Source: Paraglomus brasilianum
Taxonomy: Eukaryota
NCBI GenBank assembly: GCA_910592345.1
Contig: CAJVPI010000144.1
Coordinates: 1-49,326 of the forward strand
Direction of reading: 5' to 3'
DNA length: 49,326 nucleotides
Shown here: one piece after another, positions 21,707-34,600 of the stretch
Numbering within the stretch: the stretch's first letter is position 1
Layout: every line of letters starts with the position of its first letter
The notes under the pieces: generated by a model
The model's database searches: none
The model's input: only the letters and a program-made list of their open reading frames with translations
What the model was told of the DNA's origin: nothing
Translations under genes and position numbers: made by a program

Positions 21707-24700
21707 TTCACGCGATCACAAAAATCTACAAAAGATTTTTACTATTTTAGTAGCCCAATAACATTTTGTCTTTATTATTATTACTCACAGATTATTGCTA
21801 TTTCTTTTAATGATTTAAAAAAGACGTTCTTGCAATTTAAACACCTCATTATGTATTGATAATTTGATAATTAGAAAGACGTTCTTGCAATTAAAACAAA
21901 TGTTTATACAGCAGTTCAAGAAAAACAATAATGACGAAGAGGACACGGCCCATCAATATCTAAAAAATTGCTTTAGAGAAAGCATCCAAATTTTATGTAA
22001 TTCCTTAGAACAGAATAACAATATTAATATGGTCAATTTGTCTCAGGATTAAAAATTTAAACAAACAATAGCGATGGTTTTTCGTTCTTTTCTGTTTATT
22101 TATTAATTAGGTAATTTTTATGTTTGAATAATCCAAACGTATACGTGGAATGGTTGAAAAGTTTTAATTGTTTAATTTTTACTCAAAAGGAAAAATAGTA
22201 AATAGTTTTAAAAGAATAGAAATAAAGTGTGGGTTCGAAACATCGCTTGAAAAAAAATATTTTTTATTACAGTTACCTTACTGGTTCTTGAGAAGTTTAA
22301 TTTAAAAACTCGATATCAAAAACCAATGGCTTCAGTTACGTGCCTATAAAAATCGTAGATTCTTCATTTTACTTGCTGGTAGAGCAGAATGGAGGCCGAG
22401 AAAATTCATCAACTTTTGTCACATGCATGGAGCGTTCAATTGTGACAGTTAAACGGTGGATTAATAAATTGACAATGGAGGAAAAATATTTACCCCCCCC
22501 CCATGCTCAGAAAGATCCAATAAGTATCAATGCAATTGAAGAAATGGTCAACAAAACCCTTATATAAGAACACGAGAATTAGAAAATAGCATAGGAATTG
22601 TCATTATAAGCAAATATTAACCAAAAAGCAGGAGCAGAAAAACAGAGCAAAAATGTTCTGACAATGCACTACCACACGAGCATCACTTGGTTATAGACTT
22701 GTTATAACAGAGCAAGTGCATCTCATTCTCTTTACAGGTTAGATTTGTTTCCCTGTAATTTTTCTTATTTTTCAGGCCGAGAAAGAGCAGACAGGAAGAG
22801 TTATAATAACGTTAATTGTGTATATGGTAGCTTTCAGTGCAGTTGTTGAGAGCAATCCAAGGATTAGTACCAATCCTGGAAGGGACGGCAGAAACTTTGT
22901 ATAAAGAACTAAAAAAACTATTTTGAAGGACTTGTTTAATTTGCTGGCAAATCATTATGTACGTTTGTGAAATACAATCACGCGATCAAAACTTTTCAAT
23001 CACCCCACGTATGTTATGGCCCGTAGCCCGATTCGAAATGGGGTCAAAAAGGTGGTTATCTTTTAAATTTTATTTAGCCCAAGCTAAATTAGACGTTGAA
23101 TTGGTTGCTGGAGTTCTAAATAGGGAAACAGGAAAATTAGAAAATATTGTAATCAGTAAACAGAGGGCTTGTCAGGAGAGAAAAATAAAGAAATAATGAA
23201 TACAAAAACAAAAAAATCAAGTGTTGTGTGTGGAGACTAATGTTAATTCTAACGTATATTCCTCCCTAATTTCTGCGTAACTCCGAGATGGTAAGACAGG
23301 AGAATTCGATAAACATATTCTATCAGTGTATACACCATTTAGATGCGACATGTGTGTCGAAAAGCGTCAAGCCAATAATCATAGCAGTAGTTAGACGTTG
23401 CTAAAATTAGATCAAATAGTGGCTCAAAAGATATAAAAGCAGCGTAGATTTTAGTTAGTTTCGGGATGTGTGTTCAGTGCGTGTTTATGTGATCATAGTG
23501 TTCTAATTCTTTCGATTCCTTTATTGTAAATATTTCTATTAAACGGGTAGTTTCTTATATTCTGAAATACATTGTTAAAAATTATCGGTATAGTTGTGAA
23601 GCCATTAATCCCTATATCGATTAAGAATAATCGCCTCTTGTCCCGCGCCCGTGGCAAATATGATAATTAGTTGTTATATCGATGCGCATTATTATTGTTA
23701 TAGTTGAAAACACCATTGTAACCCAACCGCGAATTAATCCAACGATAGGACAATTACTTATCCAAGATTAGTGTCTACTCCTCGACGCAGTGAGTCGTTA
23801 GTAGGAAAAGCCTAATGTAAAGGTCACTAACTGTAAACCGATATTTAACTATTAGTAGGAGAAGCCTCACTCCGTGCGAAAGTAATGTCTGCTCTCCCGC
23901 AGTTGTTCGCACATGTAATTTATAAAAGATAAAATTAATGAGAGCAAGAAAATATAATATCTGCTGAGAAGCCCCCCCCCCCCAAATAATAATAATAATA
24001 ATAATAAATTTTTTCCCCTACCACCTCAACAAACCAGTACTCAAAAAACCAACCAAGCTTACAAGAAGAAATCAATTCCATATTAATATTATAAAGATAG
24101 TATTGGTTCGACTAATAAGAGAATTAACCAAATCTGACCAATTTAAATACTTCTGATTAGAACAGGGAAATTGCAAGTCTTGAAAAAGAAAACAAGAGTT
24201 TGGAACAATATGAGCTAAAATTAAAGCCCAAAACCAAAACCAATGTGTTAAAAATAGTCAAAGTAAAAAGTTACTAGCAATTTATAAAAAACTTTACCAA
24301 AAAAGTCTGGTGATTACAAGACCACCATTTAATTCTGATGGGAATATTGAAAGAGCAGAGATGAAAGATATTTGAAATACATATTACTAATACTAGGGAG
24401 AGAAAAAGTCCTATTAATGCCACATCTAGCTCTTTATGACTTTTTCTATTTCCCAGAATAAAAAAACCCCCGGGCGGAAGGAAGTTTCGGAATGTTAAAA
24501 ACCTTGTACAAGCTGTTCAGGCAGTGCCTGATAGTATACCAAAGGAAGAGTCTTTAAAAAGGTTAAATGGATGTAGTGACTTATTTTGTACATTTTCAAG
24601 AAATAAATATATTGTCAAAACTTTTCAGCCACCCTGTATAATATTGAGAAGTGTTACAGATATCAAAGCAAGATTTTTTGACATTTTTAAGCAAGCGGCA

Positions 24701-27041
24701 AAAAGGTGACAACACAAGCCCAACTTTGCTAGTCCCTCTCCTAAAAATTTCTTAAATGGCAGAAAAACAATATCTCTATGGCGGAGTTCGCAAACATTAT
24801 CCTTATTAAGAAGAGTTAATTCTGTGGCCAAAGAATAAGCCAAGGAGAACGTTATTATCAGCATACTAATCAATATTCCTGTTGTTCGTTACAATCTCCA
24901 ACCTTGCGGTTTCTCCGGGCTATTTACATAACCGCCCGTTTATAATGAGAAAGTATGACATAACTGGATATTGTCGGACAATTCACTGGATCATACTTGT
25001 GGAGTACGGTTCTCCAGAGTAACTTTATTGCAATGGCAAATGCTTGCGCTAAACAATGTCCCATCGTTGGCGCACGCCCCTACGTTTTTACATTCGCTTC
25101 GGGGTGATTTTGATAATCGTTGTTGCGGATACGTGTTACCTGTAAATTCCACTGAATATGCGTCAATAAAGGAACAAAAGCTGAGATTAATTCAAGTAAT
25201 GAACACCTTATAAGCTCTGAAATTCATGCTAGCGCCCAAAGCTCTTATCGATACGATAATTAGTATGCGCGTTTCGTAGACATCATTCGGGTCGATGTTA
25301 TAGTAGTGTGATAAACGTAGATTTCTCATCTCCCAACTCCGAGTGTCGCGTCGAAAGAGATATACTCTATGCCATGCAAGAGGGTCAACTACTCTAAGAC
25401 AATTAGTATGGTATGATAGAAGCGCGAGACTATTGCAATTTCTACGAAATTTTAGTGCAATAAAAATTTTGTATAGCAAGATTACTGAATCTACGATAGC
25501 ACATTCATAAAAAACTGAAAATACAGAGTACAAGGAAAACTTCCACTTGAGACCCAGCAAGTACATCATCTATATCATCCAATCCAGCTTATTTTTGAAG
25601 CGCAACATGAGAGATCATATTTACGCCCATTATGCAAGTTAGATCATGATGAGGTTGTTGATGGTTGTCAAATAATCACAAGTTGCTAATCTGGTCATAA
25701 GTATACAATCTTTGTACCAATTATGAAAATTTGGCAAGTGTATTTTAAAAAGTTCCTCTCACCATCTCCTTTCCTCTTCCATAGACATCCTAAATCTCCC
25801 TCATCACTTCATCTTTATTGTATCAGCGTAGCACCTCTGATTCTAATTTGTAATACGAAAGTCGTCCTCTATCATCTGACAACCCTAAGTGGAGATAAAT
25901 AAATAGTACGCCATGTAATTGGCACGTCTATAATTCTATTTGCGCAAGTCTCCTCCATCTTGTACTTTGTGCGTGTGACTGAAAACAAATAAATATGCGA
26001 GCTACTTTGGCTAGAATAGCAAGGATGCTTCTAAGATTATGATGTAATTGTACTCTTGTGCAACTTTCGCTTAACATTGATGGATCAGCATCTTATCATT
26101 TCATTCCACTTTCACCCAATATTCCCCCCATAATCATAATCGCGCGAACTTTGGATTTTTGGTTCTCATTACTCGTTCATTCATCTCATTACTTTATTAA
26201 AGGCACTAAAAATAAAGGTAAAAAAAAAAGTGGTTTTGGCATAAGGTAAGTTAAAATGATTAATATCACAAACACAGTTGTAATACATGTAATGCAAAGA
26301 AAAATCTGTAGATAAAAAGGTGTTGCAGCTTATGGAAAAGGATGGATTGAATTCAAAATTGGTGAGCGGAAATAATTTGGGATATCGGTAATTAAGCTTA
26401 TTAGAATGGTGAATATTACAGTAAAATTAACTATGTCGTATGTAATAAACATAACAACATAGCGATAACAAACTATGAATCAAGTACAAAAAGTACAAAT
26501 GCAAAGAAAAAGAAATAAAATCAAAGGCGCCAAGAAAAAAAAAATCAAAAATCAAAAAAACAAAAAAACTGAAATAAAAAGAAAGAAATACAAAGTGATG
26601 ATGCGTGAATTAATCTCGCAAACGTGTGTGTGGTTGATTCAGTCGAAAAGGCGAATAAAAAAGATTGGTAGTACGCGTGTCATTAGTGTAAATCGAATGA
26701 ATTTAAACTTCGCCATTCAAATTGTGTTTCAGAAAGAAACATGCGAGCGATATTAGTAAAATCTCACAACGATAGGAAAGAATTATAAAATACAAGAAAT
26801 ACAACAAGACTTGATAAAATCAAAAAGAAATTCTCAGTGGTGTAGCAGTTAAAAGTTCTTCACAATTAAAAAGTTATATACCAAAAGAAAAATCCATCAT
26901 TTCATCGGTATCAAACTGATGAAAGGACGAAAGTATAAAAAAACAAAACAAAAAACCCTTGATAAATTTGAAAGATATTGTTCAATGCTCCATTTTGTGT
27001 ACACACACAATTGACAGCAAATAACTGCTTTTAAATGAGGC

Positions 27042-28997
27042 CTAGTAAATAGTAGTATCCCATATCATCGAGCTTGCCCAGCTCATGACATCAGCCACAT
27101 TAGCAGCAAGATTAGTGGCCTTTGAAACCACATTATCAGAAACCACATTATTAAGAAAAGACTCTGACACTGACGGTCGCTCGGCCTTAACAGTTGATCG
27201 CTCGGTTTTAATCGATGATCGCTCGGTCTTGACAGGTGATCGTTCGGTCTTGGCAGATGGTGTCTTGCCTTGGACTTTGACATTTTTCACAGGTACAGTC
27301 CTTGTTTTCTTGGTTGATTGCGAAGACGATTTACCTCGGACAATGCGTTTTTCATTATCAAATAAAGTGAAATGTCCAGTAGTCTCTACTTGCGACTTGG
27401 CCCATTGGAATATTTGATTGAAATCATCGCATTTGCCTACGATTGGTTTTTCTTTTCCAAGAGTAGTGATCTGACTGTTGCTAGTTAATCGAGGGGGGAA
27501 AACAGATCGTCCACTGTTGCGTGCTGACTGTACACTATAATGTGTTGGCGTGTAGTGTACTTGCACTTGGTCTAGATTGAATCGCAACGACTTCTTTTGT
27601 GTAACCTGTGTGATATTGTCACGTGGTAAAGTGTGTCGACGAGCTACCCTGTTGAGTCTTGAACTGTTGAGTATCGAGCAAGCATAATATGCAAGGAGGT
27701 CGTCGATGGGCGAATGCTCAACTGGTTTCTTGAGGGCTGGCTTGATTGGGTACGGAGTGGCAAGACCTAATCGGGTATTGTCGATGGTTGTAGCAAGTTC
27801 CATTGGGGACGATGCAGTAGGTGAGCATGCGAGTGATGGAGGATATGACATGCTCATAGGTGTGCTGGGTGTGCTGTCACCCACGAGTGTCTTGTCGTCG
27901 TCATCTTCGAATGAGTTCTCTGATTGGTAGACAGGTCCAAAAAGCCAGAGTACGTCACATTCCTTTTGCCTAATATGGAAAGATAAGAGTACATAGATCA
28001 GTGTTTGTTTGTTTGTTGGACGAATCGTCGTTCGGTATGCCATAAATTCTATTGGCAAAAGCGCATGTAGCACATAGGCCAACGCCCCATTCCCGCCCTC
28101 CTTGTCTAATCTTATCAATTGTAAATAGATGAACAAATAAGTAAATAAAATGGTCACCGCCGTACAGGATAAAGTTGATGTATACAATACATCATTAAAA
28201 CTCTAATATAATCATCAATATAATCTACGTGCACTGATTTGACAGGTACGATAAATCTGTGCCAAAAATAAAGACCTCGAACGTTTTGTGCTCAGACACA
28301 CGAACTTAAAAAATATGACCCTTAAACAAGCGCTCAAGTAATAGATGGAAGTGATGGAATTCAAAAGACCCGTATTGTATTAACCCAAAATAGCTATTAT
28401 GACCCGTGCAAAAGAATATCAACCAATGATGTATAAAATACCGGGAAGAGTGGAAAAATTCAACGGTCCCTCAACCAATAAAAATTGCAAACAAACACTT
28501 GGCAGATAGATAATAAGTAACGCAATTTTTTTCCCACTGATACCGCTTTCGGAAAATGACCATTTTACTTTCTTCTCACCGCTGCCATTTCCCATCCTAA
28601 ATGTCTTCCAAATATCTCAGGTCACGTTAATAGTTAATACATACCAATTCAAAGACTTGGGCTCGACTAGCTCGTTTCCCAATGCAACAGCACCAACAGC
28701 ATTTCCAATTCGCCTCCAAAGCGCATTTTGCAGTCTCAACAATCTCTTCTCCTCTGCTCTCAACTGCCACTCTTCTCCTCTGCATTTTCGAAGTTTGCTT
28801 CCGAACAAAGGCTTTTCTTTAACATCTTTCTTCTCCGGTTGCTTCATCGTTTCAGCCCGAATCTTCTTCTGCACATCGGCGAGTTGTCTTGTAATCTCTT
28901 TATGAGTGCAGATGAGGTCATTTTCGTCCCAGGCGTAAGTATGGCCAAGGTAGTCGACTGAGGCGATTGCGGTCGGAGCAGGAGTAATTTGTTCCAT
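27042..28997 (-). CDS. REG1: REG1-like protein phosphatase 1 regulatory subunit (DUF1752-containing), two coding exons
   Basis: Exon 28997-28645 and exon 27969-27042 splice to give SLNWQKECDVLWLFGP. Other motifs are VDYLGH..W, RLQNALWR, IKPALKK and the RVxF-type KKSLRFN. Confidence 0.8.
27173..27254 (-). repeat. 21-bp coding repeat, 4 units
   Basis: Encodes KTERSPV-KTERSSI-KTERSTV-KAERPSV. Confidence 0.85.
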
Positions 28998-31636
28998 TTT
29001 ATCAGTTGGGTAAATAATCTGTGAAAAGAAAATGTATAAATAATAGAAGCTTGGTCCAAGAATTGATACGGCAGCGCGTGTCTTTTTAGATACCTGCAGT
29101 TATTTTACAAGAGATATAGATATTGCTTTTCGTGTACTTGGTATTTTAACTTTATTTACAGTTCTAATAAGCTTTGTCTTCTTGTAGTAGCGAGAGATCC
29201 TCAGGCGTCGTGTTTTTATATCGTTCTTTTATCTATTTTAGAGAGGATATGATTGATGTATGTTTGCGTTGTCAGTTATATCTCTAAGTTGTTTTCATTA
29301 AATATCATCGTCTAATTCAAAAACGATGTAGCGTTTGATAATCTTAAATTTAAGGAAGTTTTAAAATAGTTCAATAATTGATCGAAAGATCAACTTGTGA
29401 GTGAATAAAGAATTGGGATGAAGTGTGTATTTATAACTGTCAGCTGAGCGCAATATAAATTAAATTAATACAATAAGAGTACTAGTGAATACAGTTGTGA
29501 CACAGTATCCATCTGCAATAGTACAAGCTTTGTAACTTACTTTTTTATATCACCAACGAAAGCTGTTAAGTCACAAACAATATAATAATAAAAGTTAATA
29601 ATTAGTAAACAAACCAATAATTGAAATAACTTGTAACAAGCTAGATTCTAAAAGAAGAGCGCATATCCCCAAAACGAAGAAATCAAAGAATAGGTGTTTA
29701 CTTATATACCGAAGGTAGGTGAAAGCAATACGTAGAACAGTTCGATACGATAGTCAATACCGTAATCAAAGATTGGCGAGTAGAGTTTTTTTTTTTTTGT
29801 TTTTTGTTTTTCGTTTTTCGGAAATTTGGTTTTTTTTTCTTTTTCTTTTCTTTACGAACAACAAAGTTGCCCTGGGGATGGAGGGAAAAGAAAAGTATCT
29901 CTTTTTATCGTTGCGGAGAAAAAGGTTCGCCTTCTTCCTAAAAGGTTACAATCGCCCCATAAAAACTATAAAAAATCCAATTAACAATCAGTAGTTTGGG
30001 CGAAAATAGATTTCAAAAAAATCGCCTTTGATAAACAGAGATGGTTTGTGTATAAGTACATTAAAACGAATATATGACAGCAATATTAAATTAACTTTAT
30101 TAAAAACCGCATATATTTAAAATATGTACATCCCGCCAGTAGCAGCAAGAGTCTGCAAACCCCCTCTTCCCTTGCCTCCCAGTGTAACAAATCATATAGA
30201 TCTACTGAACTGGGGTTGAAATAATGACTGCTTGCTACTATCATTGAATGAAAGCGAACGCAGAGGCAATCGAAACCCGCGGTCAAGAATAATGAAAAAA
30301 TAAGCCATAGTTCATTAGCAAATACCTCCCCCGAATAAACGGAAAGAATATGTGTGTGTGTCTGTATATATGTATGTATGTACGTTATTATTTATTATGT
30401 TATGTATGTATGATGTAAGTATGTGTGTATATTTATTTATATGGCGATCATCCCTCCATTTTCGATCACCCCTACTCTCTAATCTCCCCCTCCATTCTTA
30501 TCTCTTTTGATAGATATCACCCAATTCCCATCATATGACTCATTGACGATAAGACGGTTAGATTTCATGTGTACGTGAAGAACGAGACCGCAATAAATTC
30601 ATAGATACTTCTTGCTTGCATACAACAATCAGGATAATCAGCTTGTTTTATGCGATATCATCAGCTAGAGTGGCTTGCTTACATGTGCTAGTACTTTAAT
30701 ATAAACTGAAATGCGCAGGAGACATTTCATAATTGATATTGGTTTTATCACTGTATATAACTTGATTTACTATTAAAGAATCGAGCGTATAAATAGTGCA
30801 TTGAACGAGGGACCAAGAAGAAAAGGTGAGTAATTGTTATGGGAGAGAGTCCATTGAACGGAAGTTTCCGTATGTGTCAAATGCAGTCGGGCAATAGATT
30901 TAGGCTAGATTTACTTTACAACAAGTAAGGATCCGCAATATTACACAGTTACTTTTAACACATTCTCGAATCGTTTCAACACCCACGCATTGAAAGAACG
31001 TAACCCCTTTCCAATCATTTCCTATTTTTTATTGATCGGTTTTTTTTCTCACGTTCGTCTTACATTCTCTCGCTAACTTATATTAAGCCAAGTCTATAAA
31101 TCATTATTAAAAAATAAAAAGACGTTTTAATGTGTCCCGAGTATGTCGCGCATGAACTCGGGTCCTCTTTGTCATCAACTAATTCACGCGATTCGCATCT
31201 TTGTTGACGAGGGTCGAAATGTAGTATCACTGACGCTTTGCTGAATCGTAAACATTTTTGTCTCTAGTATAGGGTTTGCTGCTCTCTTTACAATTCTGTC
31301 TTCTTGAGGTCCCGCAATGCATTTAATTGGCGTCGAAACTTGTCTAAAACCAATTTTGTATATGCAAGGCGTTGGTGATGTAATCCATAAAATAATGTCT
31401 ATGGTAATCACTCACTTGATATTCAGCACCATTTCTCATCATCACATGCGGTTACCCGTGTCTGCTGTTCGTTATCTTCTCTTTTTAGATGACCAGTCAG
31501 TTTTCGGAGATAATGGGACACATCAGACGGACAAAGTCCGGGACGTATTAGTATGTGTGTGTGTGCGTGTGTGTGTGAGTGAGAAATGTGTGTGTGAATG
31601 TTAGTACAAAAAAAATATATGCAATTTGTGTAGACT

Positions 31637-31691
31637 GGCGCAGGAAGTGAGATTTTGAGGGTCTTTATTAGGCACGGCGCAGGAAGTGAGA
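31637..31691 (+). repeat. Direct repeat GGCGCAGGAAGTGAGA, two copies, next to a GT microsatellite
   Basis: Identical 16-mers at ~31637 and ~31676. A (GT)n-rich tract lies at 31554-31596. Confidence 0.75.
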
Positions 31692-34600
31692 GTTATTGGT
31701 TCAAATACAAGTGTTTCATGCCAAGTGTCTTATAAACTTAATGTAATAAATGACAATTATACTGTTAATAATGCAAGAAAGACTTGCAGGAACAGCGCTT
31801 TTATCGGATAATTAAAAAGTCTTCTTTCTCCTAAACGTACCAATCATTAGTTAACAAATCAACCCAAATTTGCTTTCAAACCTGTTTCTCGCATCCCAAA
31901 CACAATGCGAAAAAAAAAACCTGTTTGATGTTTTCACCGTTCTCTCTACAAGAAAAAAAGCATTCCCCCCAGATATGGGGTCATTTTTTGACAGCAAAAT
32001 GACAAGTTATGCTATGCGTTACTCAGACGCACTGATGTTAGTAAGGAGAAGATCGATATGACAATACAGCTATGGATGATGGATAGTTGACTTATTGGCA
32101 AACGTGATCGAGAAAAAGAATTCGAAAAGAAGTAACTGCGGCATTAAAGAAAGAACAAACGTGCTTTAGAATAGTATACTTGAAGAGTAATCGGGTAATA
32201 ACAGACCAGTTATGGCCTCCCTGCGCGATAAAGCAGGCAACAGTTCCCAATCACAAAAGCAACTGGATCAACAATAAACAAATACAAACCACTCGCACCC
32301 CCCTTCTCACCTATTCAATAATAATACCTTTCACATATCTCACGTTTGTCAAACTATGGGGGACAGTCAATAAGTGGCTTAGTTATGTATACGATCCTAT
32401 ATCAGTTATGGTGGTTTCACAAAAAAACCTGTTTCGAGACCTGTTTGTCAGGGGGGGGGGCAAAGATAGAGAATACGACCTTTTTCCATTCGGGAGTTTG
32501 CGAGATTATAGTACGTCGTAGCGAAGCGAGCTAATGACCGATGGAGTGAGAGTAAACGCCAAAGTAAGACCGATAATGTATAAATTAAAACAAAGGGTTT
32601 CTACTTCAATTTCGAGCAAGCATGAGATATTCAAGTGCATTTCAATGTACTGTCGTCATGACAATGCCGAGTGGTGATCAACCGGCATTTACTTAAGTAA
32701 CCGTTATATGTTTCATTGTTAAAACATGTCCTTTTTACATTACCAACATATGCAATAATTGAACTTTCTAGGTAGCTTCTACGCCAATATAGGGTATCGA
32801 CTCGGGAAGATCCCCACATTCAAAAAGGTTAACTTTGATAGGCTTACTATTGTCGTAACCAAAATTGAAACCAAGTGGGGAAGAAAAAGGGGGGTGGGCG
32901 GAGAACTGAAATGAAGCAGGCAACCAATAATGACGAGAGTTATAAATGAGCATTTTTTTAGAATCCTGTGTTTGTATTTAATAATTCGTTGCTATCAAGC
33001 TGTCAAATTCTATTAAACTAAAAAGTGTTACAATCGAAATAGAGTTTATGGAGTCTGTCATTGAAGTGGTTTTACAATTGACAATGGGTGCAAATGCTAT
33101 ATTATTTTTTCAATGAACAATATCTAAAAGTATAAGCTAACAAATTTATTGTGTATGATTTCGTTATTAATATTAATCAAGATTAGGTTCATATTTTGGG
33201 GAGGGAGGTGGTGGGACTAGCAGCAGCGCATTCGATGAAACATAAAAGCGTTCCGTTGACAAACTATATTAGATACTATTTTCAGTAAAATGGTTACAAG
33301 TAAACAATGAAGCGGGGCATTTTGATCATTAATTGTGGCGGGAAAGATATTGTTGACTGGAGAGATGAAATTGTAGATGAAAGATATATAGTAAGTTAAG
33401 TAGATGAGTTAAAGATGAGATGAGTAAATAAACACCAATTCAATGTTTATTGTATAGTTATTGTTCTTCCCCATTACAGTGTTTATTGTGTCCTAATCGC
33501 TATTTTGTTATTGAAATATTATAAATACTTGTTCGATTATTCGATTATTTTTGTGTAATCAAAGAGACGCCCAATTGTGACATCAAAAAACAAGCTGGCT
33601 GGAATGAGACCTTTTGCTTCGAGCAAGCTTGCAAGAGTCAAGACTAGATCGTGAATATTCTCGATGCTCCGAGTAACTGTTTCCTTGTGTTTAGCTGTCA
33701 AATTATAATATATTATTATTTATAATAGCTGCAAGTATATTAATAGTGTATAATGGTTTACATAACTGTTGAGTCATTTTTAATATACACAGTATAGTGC
33801 AAACGTACGATTATGTCTGTTGTAATACGCTTATTAAATCGCGGTAACCATAAAAGGTAATGGAGACTGAGTTTTGTCAAGTGACCCATAAACAACAGGA
33901 CACCTGATAAGGTATATCAAAAAGCAAATAGGGAATACAAAAAGTTAGAGATACTATGTCAAAAATGTCTAATATTATTATCTTATCAAGATAGTCCATA
34001 TAGTTTCCGAGTACTACTTTACACCTCATCACAACATAGCAGCATATAACGGCAAAACTGTAGTGAAACAATAACATAATAACTTACATAGCCAGTCCCC
34101 CCAAATGATCATGTAATACAGGCCCCAATCAAATATACAATATCCAGATATATGTATATTAAACAGAAGAGATTTGATATCATTTACCATCTCTTCTGTG
34201 AGAATTCATGTAGGGAGTAATCCTGGGGAATGTACATTACCTAGTACTATTCGGCTGTTTGATAATCGAAAGCCGTCGATGAAAAAAGATCGCTGAATGG
34301 GAGGATGGCGGAAATGACATTCCTTGTGGGGTAAAAATTTTATTTGATATGATAGACCAGGTGCATAATTTGATGCATGTATGCGACCGATGACGCCAAC
34401 ACAAAAAAACACGACTACAATCATTGACATTCATAGACTTGCCCTACATTTAGATACAAACAATATTGCTTTCTATTACATTATATTCTTATCTTCTTCT
34501 CTTTTTTTCTCTTTTTTGTCTTTTTTCTTTCTCTTTTTCCCTCCTTTTTGTCTTTTTCTTCCCGCTCTTTGCTCAAACAAACACCCCCCTTTCTCACAGT

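Noticed and set aside
22300..23200. Plus-strand ORF fragments as a gene
   Set aside because: Stops occur in all frames and there is no identifiable domain.
26475..26756. Lys-rich 93-aa ORF
   Set aside because: An artefact of A-tracts in the 3' flank of the REG1-like gene.
26915..26940. CTGATGA...GAAA as a hammerhead ribozyme
   Set aside because: Only 6 nt lie between the core motifs, with no stem II, and stems I and III cannot be formed. It is just a short hairpin in the 3' flank.
13806..28997. CCR4 plus REG1-like as a glucose-repression gene cluster
   Set aside because: They are separated by 10 kb of TE debris. The link rests on yeast gene names, and there is no synteny evidence here.
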